Under the pieces are notes generated by a model. That model worked only from the letters and a program-made list of their open reading frames with translations, ran no database searches and was not told the origin of the DNA. A stretch of DNA of 64,000 bases, taken from positions 989 through 64,988 of the forward strand of contig CAMTWV010000002.1 of the NCBI GenBank assembly GCA_947085535.1. Direction: 5' to 3'. This DNA is from an uncultured Actinomycetes bacterium. GTDB lineage: Bacteria > Actinomycetota > Aquicultoria > Subteraquimicrobiales > CAMTWV01. The position numbers and the translations under genes are program-made. Within the stretch, counting starts at the first letter, position 1, and every line of letters begins with the position of its first letter. Below, piece after piece: positions 26,446 through 36,077 of this stretch.

Positions 26446-27743
26446 GGCAAATGGAACTAATAGTTAAATCAGTAAAGGGTTTACGAGGAGAAATAACAGT
26501 TCCAGGAGATAAATCAATATCTCATCGGGCATTAATATTTACGGCTATAGCTGAAGATAAAAGCTCAATTTCTAATTTTCTACCCGCCAAAGATTGTCTG
26601 TCAACTTTAAATTGTTTAAGGTCTTTAGGAGTAAAAATCGAAGAAATATCCCAAACAGAACTCGTTGTTCATGGTGTTGGGTTGTTTGGTTTCAAAGAAC
26701 CAGAAAATATTTTAGATGTCGGTAATTCAGGAACAACTTTAAGGGTTTTAACCGGGCTTTTAGCAGGACAGGATTTCTTTTCGGTTATTACAGGAGACGA
26801 TTCGGTAAGGCAGAGACCTATGAAACGGGTTACTGCTCCTTTGCAAGAAATGGGAGCGGAAATTTGGGCGAGGAAAAAGGGCACGCGAGCTCCGATTGCT
26901 ATTAAAGGTACACATCTTCATGGAATTGTTCACACTTCAATAATTCCAAGTGCCCAGATTAAAACAGCTATCCTTCTAGCAGGATTGCTGGCTGATGGGA
27001 AAACCATTGTTAGCGAGGAAACGAAATCGAGAGATCACACCGAGAGAATGCTCGATTTCCTTGGGGCTGATATCACTTTTGCGGATAAGCAAATCGTTGT
27101 TTATGGGGGCAAAAAGTTGTCGAGTGGTTTGATTGAAATACCCGGAGACATTTCTTCTGCCGCTTTTTTCCTTGTGGGAGCTTTGGTTTTGCCTGAATCC
27201 GAGTTATTAATTAAAGGTGTGGGTATAAATCCGACTCGAACGGGTTTATTGAATGTCTTAAATAAGATGGGGGCTGAGATTGAAATAATCAATAAGAAAG
27301 TAAAAAATGAGGAGTCTCAAGCGGATATTTTACTTAAACCTTCTAAGTTATTTGCAACTAAAGTCGAAGGTGAGCTGATTCCTCGTATCATTGATGAGCT
27401 TCCTATTTTTGCGGTAGCGGCTACTCAGGCGGTTGGTTTAACAGTGGTTAAAGATGCTGGAGAACTGCGGGTTAAAGAAACTGACCGAATAACAGCAATT
27501 TGCTCCGAATTAAAGAAGCTTGGGGCGGAGATAAGAGAAAGCGAAGACGGTTTTGAGATAAAAGGTCCGACAAAATTAAAAGGAACATGGGTTAAAAGCT
27601 ACGGCGACCACAGAATCGCTATGGCTTTAGCCATAGCGGGTTTGATCGCTGAAGGTGAGACAATTATTGAAGATTTTGAATGCGTCGAAATATCCTTTCC
27701 TGATTTCGAGAAAGTTTTGAAGTCAATAACTTGTGCTGGTTAG
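26442..27743 (+). CDS. aroA: 3-phosphoshikimate 1-carboxyvinyltransferase (EPSP synthase)
   Basis: PGDKSISHRALIF, GNSGTTLR and DHRIAMA motifs. Confidence 0.9.
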   Translation: MRQMELIVKSVKGLRGEITVPGDKSISHRALIFTAIAEDKSSISNFLPAKDCLSTLNCLRSLGVKIEEISQTELVVHGVGLFGFKEPENILDVGNSGTTLRVLTGLLAGQDFFSVITGDDSVRQRPMKRVTAPLQEMGAEIWARKKGTRAPIAIKGTHLHGIVHTSIIPSAQIKTAILLAGLLADGKTIVSEETKSRDHTERMLDFLGADITFADKQIVVYGGKKLSSGLIEIPGDISSAAFFLVGALVLPESELLIKGVGINPTRTGLLNVLNKMGAEIEIINKKVKNEESQADILLKPSKLFATKVEGELIPRIIDELPIFAVAATQAVGLTVVKDAGELRVKETDRITAICSELKKLGAEIRESEDGFEIKGPTKLKGTWVKSYGDHRIAMALAIAGLIAEGETIIEDFECVEISFPDFEKVLKSITCAG

Positions 27744-28420
27744 GTGATTTGTTGATGATTATCGCTATCGATGGGCCATCGGCTTCGGGTAAAAGCACCA
27801 TTGCCAAAGAGATTGCAAAAAGACTGGGTTTCAATTATATCGATACAGGAGCAATGTATAGGGCGATAACATGGAAGGCGTTGAGTGAGAAAATCGACCC
27901 TACCGATGAAGAAGCTTTTGTTAACATAACTAAAAGAGACAAAATTACCTTTTCAGGTTCAGGAATAGACCAGCGTATTTTTATTGGTGATGAGGATGTG
28001 ACGGAAAAAATCCGCCTGCCTAAAGTTAGCAGCTTTGTTTCCGTGGTAGCGAAAATTCCGGGAGTTCGTAAAATGTTGGTTCAAAGACAAAGAGAAATAG
28101 TTAGAGGCAAAGATGCAGTGGTTGAAGGGCGGGATATTGGAACAGTTGTTTTTCCTGATGCCATGATTAAAATTTTTCTCACTGCTTCGTCACTGGAAAG
28201 AGCAAGACGTCGCCAGATTGAGCTGGAGGAAAAAGGGCACAAACTTGAGTTGGTGACTGTAAAGCGTGAAATTGTCTCACGTGATGCAATTGATAGCAAA
28301 CGAAGGGTTAGTCCTTTAAAAGTTGCTTCAGATGCGAGAATCACTGATACAACAGATAAAAGTATTGAGGAAGTAGTTGAAGAAATCCTTAATTTTATAA
28401 GGAATGAAGAACTAAAGTGA
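27731..28420 (+). CDS. cmk: Cytidylate kinase
   Basis: IIAIDGPSASGKST P-loop and DTGAMYRA. The likely true start is the ATG at 27755. Confidence 0.9.
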   Translation: MCWLGDLLMIIAIDGPSASGKSTIAKEIAKRLGFNYIDTGAMYRAITWKALSEKIDPTDEEAFVNITKRDKITFSGSGIDQRIFIGDEDVTEKIRLPKVSSFVSVVAKIPGVRKMLVQRQREIVRGKDAVVEGRDIGTVVFPDAMIKIFLTASSLERARRRQIELEEKGHKLELVTVKREIVSRDAIDSKRRVSPLKVASDARITDTTDKSIEEVVEEILNFIRNEELK

Positions 28421-29061
28421 GTGATAAAAAAGATAGGTTTTATACTTTTGTTGTTGGGTTGCTCTTATGTTTATTTAAAATATTTTATCGACTTGCGATT
28501 TTTGGTAAAGAAAATATCCCAAAATCTGGTTCACTTATCGTGGTGTCGAATCATACCAGTTATCTAGACCCAATTGTCATAGGGCTAGTCGTCTTTCCTC
28601 GTCCAATTAATTTTATGGCTAAAGAAGAGTTGTTTTCCATTCCTGTTTTGAAAAGTTTAGTTAGAAGCCTTTATGCTTTTCCTGTTAAGCGAGGCAAACC
28701 TGATAGAGAAGCGTTTAAAACTTCCCTACATCTTCTTGCAGAAGGAAAAGTTCTTGGACTGTTTCCTGAGGGGACGCGACGTCGATTAGGTCTGGGTCAG
28801 CTTGGTTCTGGAGAGTCGGGCGCGGCTCTTATCGCTTTAAAGAGTGGAGCACCAATTCTTCCTATGGCAATTATTGGTACGGATAAAGTTATACCTGAAG
28901 GAAAAAGAGTGCCCCGTTTTCCAAAAATTAAAGTGGTTATCAGTAAACCTTTTCATGTCGGTTTTAATCGAAGGGACAAAAAAGAGATAGTAACTAAGAC
29001 GACAGAAGAAATAATGGAAAGAATTGGTACTTTATTAAGGGAGAACTTGAATGGAAATTAG
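28417..29061 (+). CDS. plsC: 1-acyl-sn-glycerol-3-phosphate acyltransferase
   Basis: NHTSYLDP (HxxxxD) and FPEGTR motifs. Confidence 0.8.
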   Translation: MSDKKDRFYTFVVGLLLCLFKIFYRLAIFGKENIPKSGSLIVVSNHTSYLDPIVIGLVVFPRPINFMAKEELFSIPVLKSLVRSLYAFPVKRGKPDREAFKTSLHLLAEGKVLGLFPEGTRRRLGLGQLGSGESGAALIALKSGAPILPMAIIGTDKVIPEGKRVPRFPKIKVVISKPFHVGFNRRDKKEIVTKTTEEIMERIGTLLRENLNGN

Positions 29062-29893
29062 GATAGCCAAATTTGCAGGTTACTGTTATGGAGTTAAAAG
29101 AGCTTTAAAACTAACTAAGGATGCTTTAAAAAATCTGCCTAAACCTATTTATACTCTCGGACCAATAATTCACAATTCGCGAGTCGTGGAAGCTTTAAAA
29201 AAAGAAGGAATTATTCCTGTTAACGGTTTAAGCGAGATTAAATCGGGGACAGTAATTATCAGGTCACATGGAGTTGAACCCAGGGCAGTGGAGGAAGCTC
29301 TGGACAAACAACTGGATGTGGTTGATGCAACCTGTCCATTTGTAAAAAGCGCTCAGGAAAGAGCAAATCAGCTTTTAAACGAGGGTTACTCTGTGATAAT
29401 TATTGGCGAGCATGACCATCCAGAGGTAAGAGGTATCTTGGCTTACGCGGGAGGGCAAGCAACTGTGGTGGAGAGCGTAGCGGATTTAAAAAAGATTAAT
29501 TTTTGCAAAAATAGAAGAGTTGGTGTTGTTGTTCAGACAACTCAGTCGAAAGATTTGCTCAGGAAAGTCGTTTCCAATCTTGTTTCAGAGGTTTCAGAAT
29601 TGAAGGTATTTAATACAGTGTGTGATGCCACAGCAAAGCGACAGGAAGCAGCGAAAAAACTGGCAAAAGAAGTTGATGTAATGCTTGTAGTGGGTGGGAA
29701 AAATAGTGCCAATACCACGCGCTTAGCGCAAATTTGCGCCCAAACCAATCCAGAAACTTACCATATTGAAGGTGCTGATGAGATAGATTTTAAGTGGTTT
29801 TCTGAAAAATTTGTAGTCGGTGTCACCACCGGAGCTTCCACGCCTGACTGGATTTTAAATGAAGTTGTAGAAAAATTGAAAGAATTTTGTTAA
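29051..29893 (+). CDS. ispH: 4-hydroxy-3-methylbut-2-enyl diphosphate reductase
   Basis: GYCYGVKRA, IIHN, DATCPFV and SANTTRL motifs. Confidence 0.9.
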   Translation: MEIRIAKFAGYCYGVKRALKLTKDALKNLPKPIYTLGPIIHNSRVVEALKKEGIIPVNGLSEIKSGTVIIRSHGVEPRAVEEALDKQLDVVDATCPFVKSAQERANQLLNEGYSVIIIGEHDHPEVRGILAYAGGQATVVESVADLKKINFCKNRRVGVVVQTTQSKDLLRKVVSNLVSEVSELKVFNTVCDATAKRQEAAKKLAKEVDVMLVVGGKNSANTTRLAQICAQTNPETYHIEGADEIDFKWFSEKFVVGVTTGASTPDWILNEVVEKLKEFC

Positions 29894-31206
29894 AAGGTGA
29901 ATTTATGGCAGGCGGGATAATATCGGAGGTTTCTGAAGGAAGTTTTGGTTTTCGAATTGATTTGCGACCCGGCGATATTTTATTAGAGCTTAACGGTAAG
30001 CCCCTTCGGGATATTATTGATTACCAAATCCTCACTGCTGAGGATAGATTTCACGCTACAATTTTAAGAGACAATAAGTATATTTTTATAAAGGCAGAAA
30101 AACAGCGAGAAGAACCAATTGGTCTTAAATTTACCTCTTCAGTTTTCGATGGGATTAAGTTGTGCAAGAATCGCTGTATTTTTTGTTTTATCGACCAGCT
30201 GCCTCGAAATCTTCGCTCCAGTTTATATTTAAAAGACGACGACTATAGACTTTCTTTTTTATACGGCAACTTTATTACTTTAACTAATTTAGACGAGTCT
30301 AACATTGAGAGGATTATTAAAAATCGTTTAAGCCCTCTTTATGTTTCCTTGCATTCGACTGACCCGGAAACAAGAAAAGCAATGCTTTGCCCTAAAAGAC
30401 AAGATAGAAGTCTCGAATATCTTAATTATCTTGGTAAGAATGGCATACAAATTCACATCCAGATTGTGCTTTGTCCCAAAATTAATGACAAAAAAGTGCT
30501 AAATGACACACTTGAAGATTTAAGAAAGAATTTTAAAGGAATAGCTTCTATTGGAATTGTTCCTGTTGGATTAACCAAATATCGGGAAAGACTTTTTCCT
30601 CTTCGGTTGCACACAAAATCTGAAGTAAAATCGCTAATCAAGTACATTAAAAATTACCAGAGGGAAATAAAGAAAGAAAGAGGAATTACTTGGGTTTATC
30701 TGGCGGATGAATTTTATCTTGCAGGTGATGAAAAAATCCCTCTCGCCTCAACTTACGACGACTTTCCTCAGCTTGAGAACGGTATCGGGCGTACTCGTTT
30801 GTTTTTAGACGAAGCTAAAAGAGCAATGAGCGAATTTAAATCAGGAAATCATTTTAAACCAGTAACAGTTATAACAGGGGAGCTCGCAGCCCCTGTTATG
30901 GAAAGTATAGCTATAAAGCTAAGATTGAGGTTTAATGTTGATATGAGGGTCTTGAAGGTTCCTAACAAATTTTTAGGAGAAACAATAACAGTAGCAGGGT
31001 TAATTGGCGGGAATGATTTAATGAATGCGGTTAACTCAAGAAAAATTTCTGGTCGAGTGTTTATACCCGATGTTATGCTTAATCAAGATAAGGTTTTTTT
31101 AGACGATGTTTCTTTAGGGGAAGTAAAAGAAAAGACAGGAATAAGTCTTGAGGTTGTTAAAAGCAGTGGTTACGAGTTCGTCAGGTGTTTAAACAGGGGA
31201 GGGTGA
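29887..31206 (+). CDS. PDZ plus radical-SAM-like DUF512 family protein
   Basis: Cys cluster CKNRCIFCFIDQLP after a PDZ-like N-terminus. Conserved position immediately upstream of der. Confidence 0.7.
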   Translation: MLKGEFMAGGIISEVSEGSFGFRIDLRPGDILLELNGKPLRDIIDYQILTAEDRFHATILRDNKYIFIKAEKQREEPIGLKFTSSVFDGIKLCKNRCIFCFIDQLPRNLRSSLYLKDDDYRLSFLYGNFITLTNLDESNIERIIKNRLSPLYVSLHSTDPETRKAMLCPKRQDRSLEYLNYLGKNGIQIHIQIVLCPKINDKKVLNDTLEDLRKNFKGIASIGIVPVGLTKYRERLFPLRLHTKSEVKSLIKYIKNYQREIKKERGITWVYLADEFYLAGDEKIPLASTYDDFPQLENGIGRTRLFLDEAKRAMSEFKSGNHFKPVTVITGELAAPVMESIAIKLRLRFNVDMRVLKVPNKFLGETITVAGLIGGNDLMNAVNSRKISGRVFIPDVMLNQDKVFLDDVSLGEVKEKTGISLEVVKSSGYEFVRCLNRGG

Positions 31207-31207
31207 A

Positions 31208-32515
31208 ATGAAAGAGTTGCCGAAAGTGGCTATTGTGGGTAGAACAAATGTTGGCAAATCAACTTTAATTAATCGAATTGCCACGTCGCAACACGCTATT
31301 GTTGATGATACGCCGGGAGTTACTCGAGATAGAAATTATATTCAGGCTGATTGGCGAGGTCGTGATTTTATTTTAATTGATACGGGCGGGTTTATTTTTG
31401 GCGAAACAACCTCTATCTCAGAAGCAGTAGTAAAACAAGCGCTTTATGCTATTGAAGAAGCGGATCTTGTTTTATTTGTGGTTGATGCGACAGCAGGCGT
31501 TCTTCCCGACGATGAGGACATAGCGAAGGTTTTAAGGACAACTAAAAAATCTGTGGTTTTAGTAGTAAACAAAGTCGATTCTCCTTTAAGAGAGATAGAT
31601 AAATACGTTTTTTATAAATTGGGTTTAGGCGAACCATACACAATCTCAGCTCTTCACGGAATTAATATAGGTGACCTGCTTGATAAGATAATTAAATTGC
31701 TTCCCGAGAAAGAAGTTGTTGAAGAAAAAGAAGAAGTTTTAAGTTTTGCCATAGTTGGTCGGCCTAACGTGGGGAAATCTTCAATTCTTAATTACTTGGT
31801 AGGTGAGGAAAGAGGAATTGTTAACGAGATAGCTGGAACGACGAGAGAAGCTATTGATACCATATTTGAAAAGAACGATAAGAAGTACAGAATTATTGAT
31901 ACAGCCGGAATAAGAAGAAAAAAGGAATTGAAAGATGTTGAGTACTACGGGTTTGTTCGAACTTTGAGAGCATTAGAAAAAGCGGATTTAGCTTTAATGG
32001 TTATTGATGGCTCCGAAGGGGCAACTGAGCAAGATCAGAAAATTGCCGAATTGGTTCAAGAACGAGGTTGTGCTACCATTGTTTTAATTAACAAATGGGA
32101 TTTAGTTTCAAAAGAAAAAACTAAGAAAATATTACAAGAAGTTGATTGGCGGCTAAGATTTATTTCGTATGCTCCCAGAATTTGCGTTTCAGCTTTAACA
32201 GGGGAGAATATTGAAAAAATATTTCCCTTAATTAATAGTGTTTTAGAGGAATTTAAAAAAAGAATTTCAACCTCGCGCTTAAATACTTATCTCCAGCGGT
32301 TAAAAGAGGAAGGACATGTTCTTTTAAAGGACAGGAAGAGGTTAAAAATAACTTATCTTACTCAGGCAGAGACAAAGCCACCGACCTTTGTCTTCTTTGT
32401 AAATCATCCTGAAATTGTGATTAGTTCTTACGCAGCGTATTTGGAGAACAAATTAAGGGAAGCTTTTGGTTTTCTCGGCACTCCAATCAGAGTAAAATTC
32501 AAGAAAAAAGTTTAA
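31208..32515 (+). CDS. der: Ribosome-associated GTPase Der (EngA)
   Basis: Two GTPase domains (GRTNVGKST...DTGG...NKVD and GRPNVGKSS...DTAG...NKWD) plus a KH-like C-terminus. Confidence 0.9.
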   Translation: MKELPKVAIVGRTNVGKSTLINRIATSQHAIVDDTPGVTRDRNYIQADWRGRDFILIDTGGFIFGETTSISEAVVKQALYAIEEADLVLFVVDATAGVLPDDEDIAKVLRTTKKSVVLVVNKVDSPLREIDKYVFYKLGLGEPYTISALHGINIGDLLDKIIKLLPEKEVVEEKEEVLSFAIVGRPNVGKSSILNYLVGEERGIVNEIAGTTREAIDTIFEKNDKKYRIIDTAGIRRKKELKDVEYYGFVRTLRALEKADLALMVIDGSEGATEQDQKIAELVQERGCATIVLINKWDLVSKEKTKKILQEVDWRLRFISYAPRICVSALTGENIEKIFPLINSVLEEFKKRISTSRLNTYLQRLKEEGHVLLKDRKRLKITYLTQAETKPPTFVFFVNHPEIVISSYAAYLENKLREAFGFLGTPIRVKFKKKV

Positions 32516-32578
32516 AATAAGAGTTAGTTAAAAAGGTTCCAAAAATTGTCCTGATCTAGTTAGGAAAGGTGTTTAAAA

Positions 32579-33247
32579 GTGAATGAGATAGCTAAAGCGA
32601 TATTTATTGTTGTGGTTAGTTATTTGCTCGGGTCCATTTCCTGGGCATTAGTCATTGGGAAAATTGGATATGGGGTGGATTTAAGAGAAAAAGGCAGCGG
32701 AAATTTAGGGGCTACTAATACTTTTCGCGAACTCGGGCCCCTTGCCGGTATTTTAGTTTTCATAGGTGATATATCCAAAGGAATCATCAGTATCATACTG
32801 GCAAATTATTTTTTCCCAGATGCTCCTACTTTACTTAAAAGCACCGGCACCTTCTCAAGTTTTGATTTAACGGTAGTTGCACTGGCAGGTTTTGCGGCTA
32901 TAATTGGTCACAATTGGTCAGTTTATTTTAAGTTTACAGGTGGGAAAGGCATTGCCACAAGCGCAGGTGTTCTTTTAATTCTGGTTCCAAAAGTAATGTT
33001 AATTCTTTTAGTGGTCTGGTTAATTATTTTTATTCTTACCCGCATTGTTTCGCTTGGTTCGGTTGCAATTGCTCTTCTTTTTCCTTTCTTGACATTTTAT
33101 TATTATTCAGGCAATTATCCATATATAGTTTTTAGTATTATTACAGCCGTTGTAATTATCTATAAACATCGTTTTAATATTAAACGTTTGCTTGAAGGTA
33201 AGGAAAAAAAGGTAGATATTGCTTTAAAGTTCAGGAGAGCGAAATGA
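32579..33247 (+). CDS. plsY: Glycerol-3-phosphate acyltransferase PlsY
   Basis: YLLGSI, GSGNLGATN and GGKGIATSAG motifs. Membrane protein. Confidence 0.85.
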   Translation: MNEIAKAIFIVVVSYLLGSISWALVIGKIGYGVDLREKGSGNLGATNTFRELGPLAGILVFIGDISKGIISIILANYFFPDAPTLLKSTGTFSSFDLTVVALAGFAAIIGHNWSVYFKFTGGKGIATSAGVLLILVPKVMLILLVVWLIIFILTRIVSLGSVAIALLFPFLTFYYYSGNYPYIVFSIITAVVIIYKHRFNIKRLLEGKEKKVDIALKFRRAK

Positions 33248-34257
33248 GAGAAAAAATTGCAGTAATTGGAGCAGGAAGCTGGGGAACAGCCATAACTATT
33301 CCTCTCAGCAACAATAATTATTCGGTTAGTCTGTGGGCAAGAGATGTTTCACTTGCGCGGTCAATTCAAGAGACTCGAGTTAATTCGAGGTATTTATCTC
33401 AAACTATTTTGCCTAATTTAGTTAGTGTCACTGGAGATATTGAAGAAGCTGTTAGCTCTGCTCGTGTTGTTGTTTTAGCTGTTCCTTCTCATGGAATGAG
33501 GACAATCGTCCGACACTTAAAAAATTATCTTAAAGATGATGCTATCCTGGTGAGTTTAGCCAAGGGTATTGAAATGAACACAATGATGAGGATGTCTGAG
33601 GTAATTGCTGAAGAGGTGCCCTCAATACTGCGAGAAAATATCGCTGTTCTTTCAGGTCCAAATCATGCCGAAGAGGTAAGCAGAAAGATTCCTTCAGCGA
33701 CAGTTATTTCAGCTTTTAAGCGAGAAATTGCTTTGAAACTTCAACCAATCTTTATGACGTCTTATTTTCGGGTTTACACTAATTCGGATATGGTGGGAGT
33801 AGAACTCGGAGGAGCAACTAAAAATGTAATTGCCATTGCGGCAGGTATTTCCGATGGACTGGGTTTTGGTGACAACACGAAAGCATCTTTGATGACAAGA
33901 GGTTTGGCTGAAATGACTCGATTGGGGAAAGCTTTAGGGGCAAATCCACTTACCTTTTCAGGACTTTCGGGTGTGGGGGATTTGATAGTTACCTGTACGA
34001 GCCGATATAGTCGAAATAGAGCGGTAGGAGAAAAAATTGGGCAAGGTATGAGCCTGCAGGATATTACTCGTGAGATGAATATGGTTGCGGAAGGAATTAG
34101 AACCTCAAAAGCCATAAAAGAGCTTGCGGAAAAACATGAAATCGAAGTTCCGATTACCAAAAATGTGACGGAAGTTTTATATGAAGGTAAAAAATCTCGC
34201 GATTGTGTGGTTGATTTAATGATGCGTGGAGCTAAAGACGAAATTGAATTGTTTTAA
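33244..34257 (+). CDS. gpsA: NAD(P)H-dependent glycerol-3-phosphate dehydrogenase
   Basis: GAGSWGTA Rossmann motif, LAKGIE, GGATKNVIAIAAG and SRNR motifs. Confidence 0.9.
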   Translation: MREKIAVIGAGSWGTAITIPLSNNNYSVSLWARDVSLARSIQETRVNSRYLSQTILPNLVSVTGDIEEAVSSARVVVLAVPSHGMRTIVRHLKNYLKDDAILVSLAKGIEMNTMMRMSEVIAEEVPSILRENIAVLSGPNHAEEVSRKIPSATVISAFKREIALKLQPIFMTSYFRVYTNSDMVGVELGGATKNVIAIAAGISDGLGFGDNTKASLMTRGLAEMTRLGKALGANPLTFSGLSGVGDLIVTCTSRYSRNRAVGEKIGQGMSLQDITREMNMVAEGIRTSKAIKELAEKHEIEVPITKNVTEVLYEGKKSRDCVVDLMMRGAKDEIELF

Positions 34258-34296
34258 AAAATTAAATGTATTATTGACAAGTTGGGTTAACATAAT

Positions 34297-34500
34297 GGTC
34301 GGGGCAGATGCTCCGAAAACATCCCGAAGGATGCTATCGCGTCTACGGGACAGGCGCGGTTACGGCCGTTTATCCCGTAGACGAGTAAAACGAGTCCTAC
34401 GGGACCGCTCGGGTCTCGTCTCGCACTTAGTTTTTATTATAACTCAGCCATTTTAATAAGCGAGACTGCGACACCCCGATGACCATCGGGGCAGTTACCC
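34297..34500 (+). ncRNA. Candidate structured non-coding RNA of unassigned class
   Basis: A block of about 200 nt that is visibly GC-rich in AT-rich surroundings, with several strong hairpins: 10-bp stem 34341-34350/34373-34382, c(UACG)g tetraloop hairpin 34394-34405, hairpin 34320-34333, 8-bp hairpin 34474-34491. The only ORF over it (34226-34456) is an Arg-rich artefact. Strand is inferred only from local gene orientation. Confidence 0.35.
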
Positions 34501-34578
34501 TTTTCTTAAAAGTCTAAAGTGTAAACCCGACTTACTGATAGCTTAGGTTATATGTTATATAATTAGCAGCAGAGAATA

Positions 34579-34655
34579 CGGGGCGTGGCGCAGTTTGGTA
34601 GCGCACCAGGCTGGGGGTCTGGTGGTCGCTGGTTCGAATCCAGTCGCCCCGACCA
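34579..34655 (+). tRNA. tRNA-Pro (anticodon GGG), CCA encoded
   Basis: Cloverleaf read by hand: acceptor CGGGGCG/CGCCCCG, D-arm GCGC-AGTTTGGTA-GCGC, anticodon arm CCAGG-CTGGGGG-TCTGG, T-arm GCTGG-TTCGAAT-CCAGT, then ACCA. Confidence 0.9.
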
Positions 34656-34773
34656 AAAAAGTTGATAGTTAACAGTTAATGTCATTAGTTTTTTTTAGCC
34701 CCTGTTTTTCCTTCGTTATTTCTCTGTGTTAAACTTTTATAGAACTGGGTTTCTTATATTTCGGAGGCAAACA

Positions 34774-35001
34774 TTGGTAACAAAGATTAAAATTAGAGTA
34801 ATCCCGAATGCCCGAAAAAATGAAGTTAGGGTAGAAGAAGATAAATTTAAAGTTTACGTGAGTGTTCCGGCAATTAATGGAAAGGCAAACAAAGCTGTGA
34901 TTGAACTTCTGGCTGATTTTTTAAAAACAAAAAAGAGCAATATTAAAATTATTTAAGGGGAACGCACAAAAGAGAAAATTGTTGAAATCTATCAACCTTA
35001 A
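34774..35001 (+). pseudogene. DUF167 (YggU) family gene interrupted by an in-frame TAA
   Basis: RBS ggagg, 6 nt, then TTG at 34774. LVTKIKIRVIPNARKNEV...GKANKAVIELLADFLKTKKSNIKII, TAA at 34954-34956, then in frame GERTKEKIVEIYQP*. The downstream piece matches the expected family C-terminus (..G..S..K.v.I). Confidence 0.55.
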
Positions 35002-35089
35002 GTTGAGATTGACACTTAGCGAAGAGATAAACAAGGAAAAATTGGTCTTTTTATTGAATAATTAATGTCAAGTAATTCAGGAGGTTCTT

Positions 35090-36055
35090 TTGGTTAAAAC
35101 TTTAATTTACACAGGCGACGGAAAATTAATTACCGATGCCTCATTGGTTGAGACTCATCAATATATTAAGAAGGGGGAGGCTACAGTTTGGGTTGATATT
35201 GAAAAGCCCACTGACGAAGAGTTTGACCTACTTTCTAATGTTTTTGCTTTTCACCCACTAACTATTGAGGACTGCAAAAGTCCATATCATTTGCCTAAAA
35301 TCGATGCTTATGAAAATTATCTCTTTACAATCTGGCATGCTATTGTTGATATTCCTGGGACTTCCAAAATTGAAACCTCTGCAGTTGATATTTACTTTGG
35401 CAAGAATTACATAGTTACAGTGAGACAAGAAATTGCCAGGGTAAGCCGTTTAAGAGAGCGCTTATTGGAATATCCAGCTAATTTAGGTCGAGGTGTAGAT
35501 TGGCTTCTTCACAGTTTGCTTGATGATTTGGTTGATGACATGTTTTTAACTGTTGACCGCATAAGCGATGAGATTGATTCTTTGGAGGATTTAATTTTTG
35601 AGTCACCTCAGCAAGAACATATCCGCAAGCTTTTCACTTTGAAACATCAATTGCTTTCACTTCGCAAAGTTTCCGCACCCCAGAGAGAAATAGTGAGTAA
35701 TCTACTTAAATATGATTCTTTCTTTTTTGGTAAAGAGACTTATGTATATTTTCAGGATATTGCCGATCACCTCATCAGAATAGTTGACCTTGTAGATACA
35801 GCAAGGGACGTAGTTAGTGGAGCAATTGATATTTATTTAAGTTCAATTTCAAACAGATTAAATGAGATAATGAAGAGACTTACCATACTGGCAACGATTT
35901 TTGGTCCTTTAACGGTGATAACAGGTATTTACGGTATGAATTTTGAGTTTATGCCCGAGCTTCAGTGGCAGTATGGTTATTTTTTGGTCCTTTTTGGAAT
36001 GTTTATTTTTGCGGCGGGAATATTTGCTTACTTCAAACTAAAGAAGTGGTGGTAA
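35090..36055 (+). CDS. corA: Magnesium/cobalt transporter CorA
   Basis: YGMNFEFMPEL signature and two C-terminal transmembrane helices. Confidence 0.85.
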   Translation: MVKTLIYTGDGKLITDASLVETHQYIKKGEATVWVDIEKPTDEEFDLLSNVFAFHPLTIEDCKSPYHLPKIDAYENYLFTIWHAIVDIPGTSKIETSAVDIYFGKNYIVTVRQEIARVSRLRERLLEYPANLGRGVDWLLHSLLDDLVDDMFLTVDRISDEIDSLEDLIFESPQQEHIRKLFTLKHQLLSLRKVSAPQREIVSNLLKYDSFFFGKETYVYFQDIADHLIRIVDLVDTARDVVSGAIDIYLSSISNRLNEIMKRLTILATIFGPLTVITGIYGMNFEFMPELQWQYGYFLVLFGMFIFAAGIFAYFKLKKWW

Positions 36056-36077
36056 ATTTAACTGAAATGGTGATTTA

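Noticed and set aside
34226-34456. 76-aa ORF (MELKTKLNCF...RRRVKRVLRDRSG...)
   Set aside because: It starts inside the gpsA 3' end and runs across the GC-rich hairpin block. The Arg-rich sequence simply reflects the GC-rich stems. There is no RBS. The region is better explained as structured RNA or a repeat.
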